IMG/VR virus record: IMGVR_UViG_3300008116_003012
Location: 1-64,000 of that record
Direction: 5' to 3' (one strand)
DNA length: 64,000 bases
DNA from: a virus
Positions 18,725-27,500 of this stretch are shown piece by piece; position 1 is the stretch's first letter, and the number at the start of each line of letters is the position of its first letter. The notes beneath the pieces are model-generated. The model made no database searches. It had not been told where the DNA came from and saw nothing but the letters and a program-made list of their open reading frames with translations. The translations under genes and the position numbers were made by a program.

Positions 18725-18920
18725 TTCGACCCCACTTTATTTTTAACCAAATTCTTTCGTGTATGTAATAATCAATACTCAAAAGGACATGCAATGCAGT
18801 GGCAAATCCAGTAGCACTGCTGATATCACCAGTGAACATATATGTCCAAAGAATAGTAAACAGCCAGGCAGTAATCCTGTACGTTACCATTCTTGTTATT
18901 GTTCTCTTTTTAGTTTCCAT
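18714..18920 (-). CDS. DUF2061-like small membrane protein
   Basis: METKKRT...TYRI...YYIHERIW.KIKWG. Confidence 0.75.
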   Translation of the reverse strand: METKKRTITRMVTYRITAWLFTILWTYMFTGDISSATGFATALHVLLSIDYYIHERIWLKIKWGRIES

Positions 18921-19651
18921 TACTTGCTCTGTGCTGGAAGAATGTAGTTGTATTCAGCAAGGCCAGAATCAACTGTAATTTGCATAGCGCCTGCATCAGC
19001 AATACGCATAGTCTTGTCACCGTCAAGATTTAAAATACTCATAACAGTAACAACAGGCCATGCCCAAGTTTGTTTTAATTTTCCAGTAATGCCAGCTTGG
19101 AATGTAAAGCTACCTGCGTGTGTACTTGCATCTCCAAAGAAAAATACCAAGTTACCGTTTTCAACTTTGACTTGGAATACGTTTTCTTCACTGTGTGCTT
19201 GAGCTTGTAGTTTCAAACGCCCGATACTTGCAATGTTAGGTGAAAATTCGATATCCCAAGTAGCACCTTTGAACTTAACGCTTTTAAGCTTTTCGTTAAT
19301 GATATCACTGTTCATAAAGCGATAATCGTTGACGAAGTCTTTTGCTGCATTTTCAAAGTGTAGACTAACAGGAATATCAACTCCGTTACGTTGTGCAATA
19401 ACAACTTCAATTTTAGCATTTTCTTTGTACTCGGGATTCTTTAAATGCAAATTTAATTTATCCAAGTTAGGCATACCGAAAACACCTTGAAACTCTGCAA
19501 CAGGAGTTTTTGTTTTGGCATTAAGAATAACGCTACGATCTTCGGCCATAGACTCGATAGAGGTAGTTCCGTTTTCGCCTGTAACTTTGACTAAAGGCAA
19601 AATACCTAAGTTGTGTGTATGTGCTACGATGTCTGTAAGAATATCTTTCAT
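18920..19651 (-). CDS. Probable DNA polymerase sliding clamp (gp45-like), start corrected to MKDIL
   Basis: About 243 aa with an alternating beta pattern, next to the DNA polymerase; C-terminus YNYILPA. Confidence 0.6.
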   Translation of the reverse strand: MKDILTDIVAHTHNLGILPLVKVTGENGTTSIESMAEDRSVILNAKTKTPVAEFQGVFGMPNLDKLNLHLKNPEYKENAKIEVVIAQRNGVDIPVSLHFENAAKDFVNDYRFMNSDIINEKLKSVKFKGATWDIEFSPNIASIGRLKLQAQAHSEENVFQVKVENGNLVFFFGDASTHAGSFTFQAGITGKLKQTWAWPVVTVMSILNLDGDKTMRIADAGAMQITVDSGLAEYNYILPAQSK

Positions 19652-19669
19652 TTTAATTTCCTTTAAGTG

Positions 19670-19698
19670 ATTATATTTAGATTTAGTATAAAAGTCAA
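19670..19698 (-). promoter_or_regulatory. sigma70-type promoter overlapping a TAAATA late motif
   Basis: TTGACT-N17-TATAAT. Confidence 0.7.
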
Positions 19699-19710
19699 CA
19701 ATTTTTATTG

Positions 19711-22258
19711 TCAAAAGTCAAATAAATTATTGAATGTGTTTTTAGTTTCTGTACTGCGGATGTCCCAACTTAGTACACCGATAAGGTTGTCTAACTTGTT
19801 GTCAATGATGGCGCTTTCCATTTCGTCGTGATTGAACGGTAAGTCTTTAAACCATTGAGGTAATCGCAACTCATCAACAGGATATGCTACTGATGTAAAG
19901 CCCAATGGGTTGTCTTTGACTTTACAAACAATAACTTTCATGCCGTCAACAATACCCATTGAATATTTGTCGCCCATCATGCGTTTGAGTGTATTCCAAT
20001 TAATACTTGCACGAACGTGTCCGGGCATATTGGCTTTACCAGCCTTTTCTTCTTTGCGTTGATATTCCGCAATGTTGTTGGCACGTTTAGGTGATCCTTT
20101 TTCCCATCCGGGACGAGCTTTGAATTGGCTTCGGAACACAGTAATCATGTCAAGTACTTCTTGTTCTTCTGCACCAGTTAATACCTTTTCAAGTACTTTG
20201 CTTAAGAAGTCTTGCATAAACTCTGGAGTATCACTACGCTTAAGGTCAAGACCCATAGCTTTGATATCACCTGGCTTGCCATCTACGTCTTTACGCTTGC
20301 CTTCTTTGTCATAAACAAGTACAGCATAACGCTTCTTGGTAATAAACAAGCTCTTTGAGCCAACAACTTCACGACCGGCTTTGATAACTTCGCCACGTGA
20401 CTTTGGACAGTGGAATGCTTGTTCCATAAAACCTACAAACGTACTGTTAACTTCTTCTGCAATTTGATCATAAAGTTGAACAACAGTTTCTTTTGTCCAA
20501 GGAATAAGTCCTTTGTCAATGTCTTTTTGTAAGGTTTTGTAAGCAGAAAAGTAACAACTGTCAGTATCGCCATAGATAATGGATTTGCCTACGTGATTGT
20601 ATTCGCCTGTGACAATTTCATTTACCTTTGCAGCCATGTGCTTGGCAATCTGACGACCAGTTAATGTAGTTGACTGTCCAAGACGCTTGTCAAAGAATCT
20701 GCATCCGCTTTGTAACAACGCACCATACAAACTGTTCAAGTTAATCTTTTTAACTAATTGTCGCTTGTCCCAATAATCTTCTTCAATCTTGTTACCTGCT
20801 TTAATAGCTTCTTTAAGTTTGGCCTGCATTTCTTTACGTTCACTGTACCAACGTTTTAGCAAGCCTGGAATAACAGCTTCTTTCTCATAACTAAAGATAG
20901 TACCGTTAGCACTAAGCATAAAAGGATTGTTACTTTCAAAAATTAGCCTGTAAACTTCGGCAGCACTAAGAACACTGCTGTCTCCGCCTTCCCAGTCAAT
21001 AGTGATTTCTGTACCAATCTCTTGTTTCATTACAGCTTCGTACTCTAATGATCCAAACATACCTTCCCATGCAGCCGCAAAGCTTTTACCTTTGGCCATA
21101 AGTCCTTGAATATAAGCATCTGTCTTTGTTTGACGTAATTGTCCAACAATACTTTCTGGACCCATGTTCAGAGCACGAATGACGGAAGGATACAAACTGT
21201 TAATATCCAAAGAGCCAATCCAGTCGTGTACACCTTCTTTAGGATAAGCAACATACGCACCTGCGGCCTGTGTATCTTCGCTGTCATCACGAGCCTTACG
21301 ATTAGGAATTTGGAATCCTCTACGATGAGCTTCGTTAATAATAGCCTGCTCAGTAACTGCAACAGCACCCAAACTCTTTAAAGTCATTGTTGTATAACTG
21401 GTCAAGTGTGCCTTCGTATTGAACTTTAGTTTCGCCTACTTCAAGTTCACCGATAGCGTCCAGTCGATAAGTGTGTCGTTCTTCATAGTTGTATTTGCGG
21501 TACAGCTCGAGACTGTCCAAATGAACACGACCAACCAAGTCATAAGTAGTAGCTGCTTTTCCAAACTTTTCGTACTCCCGCTTTTTAGGAAACTGATTCC
21601 ATAAACATAATCTGCGTGTGTCTTCTTTGCTTAGTGTTTTAATAATGCGGTTAACAGTATAAGGCATATCGAAACCTTCACTGTTCCATCCACTTAGAAC
21701 ATCTGCATCTTGTATTAAGTTTAAGAACGTGTCCAACATGTCTGCTTCACTATCAAACAGATAAGTGTTGGGAAAGTCTTTAATTGCTTCTTGTGCCTGC
21801 TCCATAGTCATAGTCTTTGGAGGAATAGCAAGACAGATCAGTGTGTCAATCCATTGTAGGTGAACAGCGATGGCAGTAATGGGCATAAATGCGTCTTCAG
21901 GCGAAGCATAGCCGCGTTCTGGATCAAAGTCCACCTCAATGTCCCAAAAAGCTACATTAAGCTTGGGAGGTTCAGCATTGAGATAATTTTCACTAAGCGT
22001 AACGAATGTAGGTTTAAAATCCGATTCGTATAACTTCTTGTTGCTGTTGATTGCAAGTTCCTTACGGAAATCTTTTGAATTCTTACAAACAATTTTTTGA
22101 AGGGTTTCACCATGTGTACTGGTATACTTGCCTCGGGGATCGGGTACGTAAAATGTGTATTTTACCGGAAAGTCTCTAAACACCCTTTTTCCGTCTTTAG
22201 CTCTCTCAACGACTTTGACAATGTCATTGTCGCGATCAAACATCGCATCGACATACAT
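19711..22258 (-). pseudogene. Family B DNA polymerase (gp43-like), interrupted at about 21372 by an apparent deletion plus frameshift (may be an assembly artefact)
   Basis: Exo I DIEVD, Exo II GWNSEGFD, motif A DINSLYPS, motif B KINLNSLYG, motif C YGDTDS. Exo III (YNxxD) is missing at the frame switch. Confidence 0.85.
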
Positions 22259-22329
22259 ATATTTTTCTCCTTGAGATTTTCGGCTCTCAAATACCAACAA
22301 GATCATTTATAGCTGATCAAACTTTACTC

Positions 22330-22617
22330 TTACATATTTAGTAGTCTAACGTAGCCAATGACATCAATAGTGACCAACAGTAGATAGTTAGCCACCATGC
22401 CTGTGCTCTTTCGAGTCCAAGATGCCCATGCAAATATTGCACATTGCAAAATGAATATTGGATACAGATAGAAAAACAACGGATCAGTTGCGCCAGCTGC
22501 TAATGTTAGAGAGCAGCCCAGGCTCATAAGCCATGCTGTAATCTCTAATGAAAACCGGGTAGGCCACTCCCGGTAATCAGTCCTTGCCCAAACGTAAATG
22601 CCTTTTAGAAAGTTCAT
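22330..22617 (-). CDS. Small 3-TM membrane protein (start corrected to MNFLKG)
   Basis: Hydrophobic segments; TAATG coupling. Confidence 0.7.
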   Translation of the reverse strand: MNFLKGIYVWARTDYREWPTRFSLEITAWLMSLGCSLTLAAGATDPLFFYLYPIFILQCAIFAWASWTRKSTGMVANYLLLVTIDVIGYVRLLNM

Positions 22618-22883
22618 TAGTCTTTCGGCAAACGTCCAGTAACACCAAGAATCATTTCTACATCTTCCCAAGCTGATTCGTGTTCTTTCCAATTGTCTTT
22701 GTGTGCAATAGTAATTGCTTTATTAATAACGCTTGGTTTAATTTCCAATTCTTCTGCTACTGCTTTAACAGTTTCTTTCAAACCTTCTTTTAAATCTTCA
22801 ATTTCTCGCAAAACGGTTGAGCCTTCGTTAATAAGACGTTCCAATTTGGCTTTTTCTTCTGGCCCATACATACGTGTTGACAT
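22617..22883 (-). CDS. T4 DsbA/GapR-like dsDNA-binding protein
   Basis: 88-aa helical pattern IEDLKEGLKETVKAVAEELEIKPSVINKAI. Confidence 0.6.
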   Translation of the reverse strand: MSTRMYGPEEKAKLERLINEGSTVLREIEDLKEGLKETVKAVAEELEIKPSVINKAITIAHKDNWKEHESAWEDVEMILGVTGRLPKD

Positions 22884-22902
22884 AACTACTCCTTAAAATA
22901 CT

Positions 22903-22931
22903 AGTATACATTAGTTATCATTAGAAGTCAA
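22903..22931 (-). promoter_or_regulatory. sigma70-type promoter (leftward member of a divergent pair)
   Basis: TTGACT-N17-TATACT. Confidence 0.7.
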
Positions 22932-22943
22932 TAGCCAAATGAT

Positions 22944-22972
22944 TTGCTAAAAAGCTCAAACGATGTTATAAT
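22944..22972 (+). promoter_or_regulatory. sigma70-type promoter, probably producing a leaderless mRNA
   Basis: TTGCTA-N17-TATAAT with extended TG; ATG begins 7 nt after the -10; no SD. Confidence 0.65.
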
Positions 22973-22978
22973 TAATTT

Positions 22979-23272
22979 ATGAAAACACTAGCTTTTATCA
23001 CTTTATTGGCATTCGCAGGATCTACAGTAGCTCAAACATATGATGCTACAAAGAACCTACGTAAATCTGTAACCATTACCTGGGAGGTAGTTGATGATGT
23101 AAATAAAGCCTGCGCCGCAGAGTACGCCAAGTATGGACACAAGCTTCCTTACAAAATGGATGCATGTGCCGTATGGCAAGGTAAGACCTGCAGAATCATT
23201 ACTAAGAAACGTCCAACCGAAGCTGATGTTGGACACGAAGTAATGCACTGTTTCCAAGAACACTTTCATTAA
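22979..23272 (+). CDS. Secreted mini-zincin-like protein
   Basis: Signal peptide; GHEVMHCF (HExxH); 4 Cys. Confidence 0.7.
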   Translation: MKTLAFITLLAFAGSTVAQTYDATKNLRKSVTITWEVVDDVNKACAAEYAKYGHKLPYKMDACAVWQGKTCRIITKKRPTEADVGHEVMHCFQEHFH

Positions 23273-23295
23273 AAAAGCGCCCTAGGGCGCTTTTT
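23272..23295. terminator. Bidirectional intrinsic terminator
   Basis: Perfect palindrome AAAAAGCGCCCTAGGGCGCTTTTT between convergent genes. Confidence 0.9.
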
Positions 23296-23312
23296 ATTTG
23301 GTTTAAAACTTT

Positions 23313-24452
23313 TTAAACACCTGCGTCTTTTAGATCTGCACTTGCGGCAATCTCACCTTGTGTACGCTTGTCGTCGGCTGCACGATTATTGATAGCATTG
23401 ATAATACCGTTGTATTGTTTCATCAACTCAATATCTATAGGATCTTGACTATCTTGTAATTCATTAGCCATTGCATTTAATGCTTCTACATCTTTAGGAT
23501 CTGGTGCCGCGTTTGCTTCTGGCTTACCACTAACCGGAGGAGGTGTAGTAGTAGCTGTATTCGGACCTGGTACAGGAGGTGTTGGTTTCTTCTGCATAGC
23601 TGACATACCTGCTACGCCTGCTGCCGCACCAGCCGCTGCCATTGCAGGTTTACTTCCTAACGCTGATCCTGTTTTTGCGCCTGCTGAAGCTGTTTTATTT
23701 ACTACTTGTCCTTTATTTGCACCAGTAGTTGCCTTTCCTGCTACTTGGGCAAATTTAGGATTTTTAAAACCAGCAGCTACATTTTTTCCAAAAGTAGCAA
23801 GAGCACCTAATGGATTTTCGTTAATTTGAGGATTATCAATTTGTTCTAAACGGGCTCTTAAAGCTGCGATTTTTTCTGATTCTGACATAATTTTTCCTTT
23901 GGGATTATTTATTTTGCTTGAAAGCTGAACATCTGGAAACTGTTTCATGGCCGCTGTAGTTGCTGGTCCCATTTTTCCATCTGCTTTAATTTTTGCACCT
24001 TTAGCAATCAACTGTTGTTGTAATGCAAATACTTTAGGATCTCCACCTGGAGGAACTTGTACTTTTGGCTGTGCAGGTGCTGCCGGTGTCGCTGCTGCTT
24101 GAGCAGGTTGATCTTTAGCTGCGGCTGCTGCAACTTGCTCGTCGTCTGGTAACCAACTTCCAGTACGCATCTTATCTCTAACGGCTTGGATGCCTGTTCC
24201 AAGAAGGGCTGCACCAGTTCCTATTCCCGGAATCATACTTGCAGCTCCTGTCATACCCGCAATGGCAGCACCTGTCTTATCACCAGCTTTTAATCTGTTA
24301 TTTGCATCATATGCACCTAGTGCTGCACCTGCGCCTGGTATAACTTTTCCTAGTAATTTACCGCCCGCTTTGGCAGCAACCGGTGCCGCCGTAGCGGTAG
24401 GCGATTCGATCAATCGAATTTTATTTAACGAATCGCTTATACCGTTGTTCAT
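23313..24452 (-). CDS. Ala/Gly-rich putative internal virion protein with glycine-zipper and peptidoglycan-binding-like segments
   Basis: GAGAALGA.../GIGTGAALLG; DPKVFALQQQLIAKG..IKADGKMGPATTAAMKQF. Confidence 0.65.
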   Translation of the reverse strand: MNNGISDSLNKIRLIESPTATAAPVAAKAGGKLLGKVIPGAGAALGAYDANNRLKAGDKTGAAIAGMTGAASMIPGIGTGAALLGTGIQAVRDKMRTGSWLPDDEQVAAAAAKDQPAQAAATPAAPAQPKVQVPPGGDPKVFALQQQLIAKGAKIKADGKMGPATTAAMKQFPDVQLSSKINNPKGKIMSESEKIAALRARLEQIDNPQINENPLGALATFGKNVAAGFKNPKFAQVAGKATTGANKGQVVNKTASAGAKTGSALGSKPAMAAAGAAAGVAGMSAMQKKPTPPVPGPNTATTTPPPVSGKPEANAAPDPKDVEALNAMANELQDSQDPIDIELMKQYNGIINAINNRAADDKRTQGEIAASADLKDAGV

Positions 24453-25339
24453 TGTCCTGCAACACCTTGTTTAGCCATGTTAGGATTTCCTACTGCTGCG
24501 CCACCGCCTGTATTAGCAAACCCTGCTGGTTTACCGCCTACTGGAGGTTTAGGAGCAGGAGCAATGTGTTTAACCTTTGCAGGAGCAGCTGGTGTTGCTG
24601 CCGCACCTGTTACTCCGCCAGTCTTAGCTAACTTATCCATTAATGCCTTAAACTTTTCACGTGTAGCTGCCACTGCCGGATCAACTGCTGCTGGTGCTGT
24701 TGGTTTAGCTGTGCCATCCGCTGCCGCTTGTGCAGCCGCTTCTTCACCTGGATTACCTACGCCAGTTGCGGCACTTGTTGAATTGCCGCCAGCGGCCATA
24801 GCTCTTCCGGCTGCGCCCATTTCTGCATCATCTCTATCTGCTTGATTAGGATCCATTGTTTGTGTTGCCGGTGCTGCCGGCTTTGCAACTGCCTTACCTT
24901 TGTTAGGAGCACGAGCAAGAATAAATTGATCGTTAATGTCAGGAACGCCTCCTCCTTTAGTCAACCATGCTTGATCTGCTGGACTCATTGCTGCAAACTT
25001 TTCAGCATCTGCACCTTGGTAAGGATTAGCAACAGGTGCTTCTTCTAAGTTAAATTCTCTTAGTAATTCCTGTGCAATAGAGCTTCTAAAAACAATGCCT
25101 TCGTTCTTCTTTTTCTTCTCAGCTTTCTTTTGATCAGAATCTTTGCCGCCATCGTCAAATGTACTTGATTTACGAGTATACTGTGTAACACCTGGCTTGA
25201 TTTCTTTTTTGTCAAACTTACCAGTTGTTTTTTCCTTATCAGCACGAGCCTTGGCATCTGCTACAGTTGGAAAACCTTCATTAAGAAGTTGCTTGCTTTC
25301 GATTTGATCCATCTTGGCAATGAGTGCTTTTAAGTCCAT
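24449..25339 (-). CDS. Low-complexity putative internal head protein
   Basis: MDLKALIAKMDQIE N-terminus, LNE/LEE sites, upstream TAAATA. Confidence 0.65.
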   Translation of the reverse strand: MDLKALIAKMDQIESKQLLNEGFPTVADAKARADKEKTTGKFDKKEIKPGVTQYTRKSSTFDDGGKDSDQKKAEKKKKNEGIVFRSSIAQELLREFNLEEAPVANPYQGADAEKFAAMSPADQAWLTKGGGVPDINDQFILARAPNKGKAVAKPAAPATQTMDPNQADRDDAEMGAAGRAMAAGGNSTSAATGVGNPGEEAAAQAAADGTAKPTAPAAVDPAVAATREKFKALMDKLAKTGGVTGAAATPAAPAKVKHIAPAPKPPVGGKPAGFANTGGGAAVGNPNMAKQGVAGQ

Positions 25340-25374
25340 TTTATAATCCTATATCTATAATATATTTATTATTT

Positions 25375-25465
25375 GTGCTCACTTTAAAGTCCACGGTAGC
25401 GAATCGCTTTCCTTGCCCAGCAGCCGGGCCACACTTATATAACGCAAAGGTCCTAAGGTAGTGTG
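25375..25465 (-). ncRNA. Candidate structured RNA of unknown family
   Basis: GC-rich intergenic segment with stems CACACT/AGTGTG, GCCCGG/CTGGGC and AGCG/CGCT. Confidence 0.45.
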
Positions 25466-26185
25466 TTATTTTGGCACACAGTTAGGAACTGTGCGACCGC
25501 CTTTCTTTTTAGTTCCTACTGGTTTATAACCTTTCCAGCAGGGATTATCTGTACGTAAGCTTTCATCAACATTTCCGGACACAATGGCATCATAATGACT
25601 CATGTCAATTACATCTACTTTTTTACTTAGTTCAATAAGTCTTTGTGTAACATCATGTAGAGCCATATCGTCTTGTGCATCTTCTTTAGAGTATTCCATT
25701 ATTCTTAACAACAGAGGAATATCTAAAGTAACAGTATCTACAGGATCAGTTTCTTCATTTTTATATCTACGGTTGTTATCGACTCTTGCACCTTTTTTTG
25801 CCATTTGAATAATGTTTTCAGGAGGAGTCTGAGATTGTGAAATATGCTTTTTAAATGTTGATTGATGTCCAAAATTTCCAACTTTGTTTGACACCCGCTC
25901 TGCAAGTTGCTTAACTTTTTCAGTTTTAGCATTTTGACTTTCAGCAAATTCTTGCTCAGCCTGTTTAAAGTATTTGTCTATTAAACTTGGCTTGCTTTTT
26001 GTTTCTTCAGATGGAGTTTTGTATTCAGTGTAATGATTAACAGCAATGCTTTCCGCCGCTGTTAATCGATTTAATTTGCCGGCACCTTCTGCAATAATGG
26101 ATACAAATCGTGCCATGTCTCCTACTTCGGCTTGAGGCTTTGTAGTCTGTCCATCAATAGCCTGCAATATTTTCTTCATATCCAT
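25466..26185 (-). CDS. Modular putative internal head protein
   Basis: MDMKKIL N-terminus, DTVTLDIPLLLRIMEY module, C-terminal CWKGYKPVGTKKKGGRTVPNCVP module. Confidence 0.7.
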   Translation of the reverse strand: MDMKKILQAIDGQTTKPQAEVGDMARFVSIIAEGAGKLNRLTAAESIAVNHYTEYKTPSEETKSKPSLIDKYFKQAEQEFAESQNAKTEKVKQLAERVSNKVGNFGHQSTFKKHISQSQTPPENIIQMAKKGARVDNNRRYKNEETDPVDTVTLDIPLLLRIMEYSKEDAQDDMALHDVTQRLIELSKKVDVIDMSHYDAIVSGNVDESLRTDNPCWKGYKPVGTKKKGGRTVPNCVPK

Positions 26186-26337
26186 TAGTTAAGTCCTTTA
26201 AACTCTTCTATACGACGACAGTCTTCACATTCACATTCTGTGCAGTAGTCACAACTTAAACAACTGTGACCGCAATGTGGTAAACAGTGACAAGGGCAGT
26301 TAGCCCTTAGTCTCTTATACGTGTCGTCTTGTTCCAT
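26185..26337 (-). CDS. Metallothionein-like Cys/His-rich 50-aa protein (absent from the ORF track)
   Basis: MEQDDTYKRLRANCPCHCLPHCGHSCLSCDYCTECECEDCRRIEEFKGLN; TAATG overlaps at both ends. Confidence 0.75.
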   Translation of the reverse strand: MEQDDTYKRLRANCPCHCLPHCGHSCLSCDYCTECECEDCRRIEEFKGLN

Positions 26338-27488
26338 TACTTTTTAGCAAACGGATTTTTCTTTTTATCAGCAACTGCCTTTTTCATTGGTTCTTTTTTG
26401 TTGCCATCTTTATCCATGTCTAAGAAGTCCGGCTTTGATGCTTCTTTTAAACGACCATCTTTTTCTGCTGAACGTAACATAGCTGCACGATCTGCATAGC
26501 TACCACGCTTGACATCTTTAGCAGCATCTTTTTCACCCTTAGTAGGATTCTTAACATGCTTTAGTGGATCGAATTTTTCAGATTTGGCTTCTTTAACATC
26601 TTTGCCAGCACGTAGTTTAGCAAAGTCGCTCTTTTCTAGTTTGCCGTCTTTATCAACATCTAACTTTCTTTGACCGCCTTTTAATGCTTCGGTAGTCTTC
26701 TTGTCAGCAACTGCCTTTTTCATTGGCTCTTTTTTGTTGCCATCTTTGTCCATGTCTAAGAAATCTGGCTTGCTACCTTCTTTAACTGGTTTAGTTGCTC
26801 CTGGTTTAGGTGGAACACCTTCTGGATCGCTAACTGCTGTAGTTGTTTTAGCAGGAGTCTTGATGCCCTTCATTTTGTTATAGGCATTAGGATCTTTACT
26901 CTTCATTAAAGCGGCACCTTGTGCAGGCGTTAACGGAGCATTTTCATTTGCTTTGATTTTCTTTTTAGCTTTCTTTGTATCACTGTCATCACCACCGTCT
27001 GTAAATGTACTTGATTTACGAGTATACTGTGTACCAGTGCTAGTTTTCTTTACATCAAACTTGCCAGTGCCTTTTTCGCTAGCAGCTTTTTTATTTGCTG
27101 CCATCATGTCTTCCCAGCCTTCGTCAAGATCCTTTTGATTCTTTTCTTTAAGTTTTTCTAGCTTGACTTTTGCTTCAGTTAATTTGCGTTTGAATTCACG
27201 TTTGACTGATTCACTATACATGTCTGCTGTTTCTAATCTTTCTCCGTATTCACTAAACTTCATTTCATATTCCATGAAGTGATATACTGATGCAATGTAA
27301 TCAGCAGATTTAGTAATTTTAGCCTGTACCCAACCTTCTAGTTGATCACCATCTTGGATCATTTTAAATAGTTTTGTACTGTAATTGGCCAACTTGTACA
27401 AGTCAGCGCGAGCCATTGCGGCTTCTCTATCATCCGGGTTTGGACGGGGTGTGTTCATCATATTCATGTCTGGCATGGTTAACTCCAA
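26337..27488 (-). CDS. Lys-rich modular putative internal head protein with DxDxDG repeats
   Basis: LEGWVQAKITKSADY module, two copies of KPDFLDMDKDGNKKEPMKKAVADKK, LDVDKDGKLEKSDF. Confidence 0.7.
   Translation of the reverse strand: MELTMPDMNMMNTPRPNPDDREAAMARADLYKLANYSTKLFKMIQDGDQLEGWVQAKITKSADYIASVYHFMEYEMKFSEYGERLETADMYSESVKREFKRKLTEAKVKLEKLKEKNQKDLDEGWEDMMAANKKAASEKGTGKFDVKKTSTGTQYTRKSSTFTDGGDDSDTKKAKKKIKANENAPLTPAQGAALMKSKDPNAYNKMKGIKTPAKTTTAVSDPEGVPPKPGATKPVKEGSKPDFLDMDKDGNKKEPMKKAVADKKTTEALKGGQRKLDVDKDGKLEKSDFAKLRAGKDVKEAKSEKFDPLKHVKNPTKGEKDAAKDVKRGSYADRAAMLRSAEKDGRLKEASKPDFLDMDKDGNKKEPMKKAVADKKKNPFAKK
26368..26771. repeat. 68-bp direct repeat (26368-26435 and 26704-26771), 4 mismatches
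   Basis: Direct comparison of the two copies. Confidence 0.9.
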
Positions 27489-27500
27489 TGTTTAGTATAT

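Noticed and set aside
19711-22306. Naturally split gp43A/gp43B polymerase, intron or intein
   Set aside because: Sequence is missing rather than inserted, the downstream part has no credible start or RBS, and the break falls within the exonuclease domain.
25375-25465. tRNA or HDV/theta ribozyme
   Set aside because: No cloverleaf or TTC T-loop, and the HDV P3/L3/P1 adjacency cannot be built. It is kept only as an unknown-RNA candidate.
26368-27033. CRISPR array or DGR template/variable repeats
   Set aside because: The repeats are in-frame coding modules with only two copies each and synonymous-type differences. There are no spacers, and no reverse transcriptase or cas gene is present.
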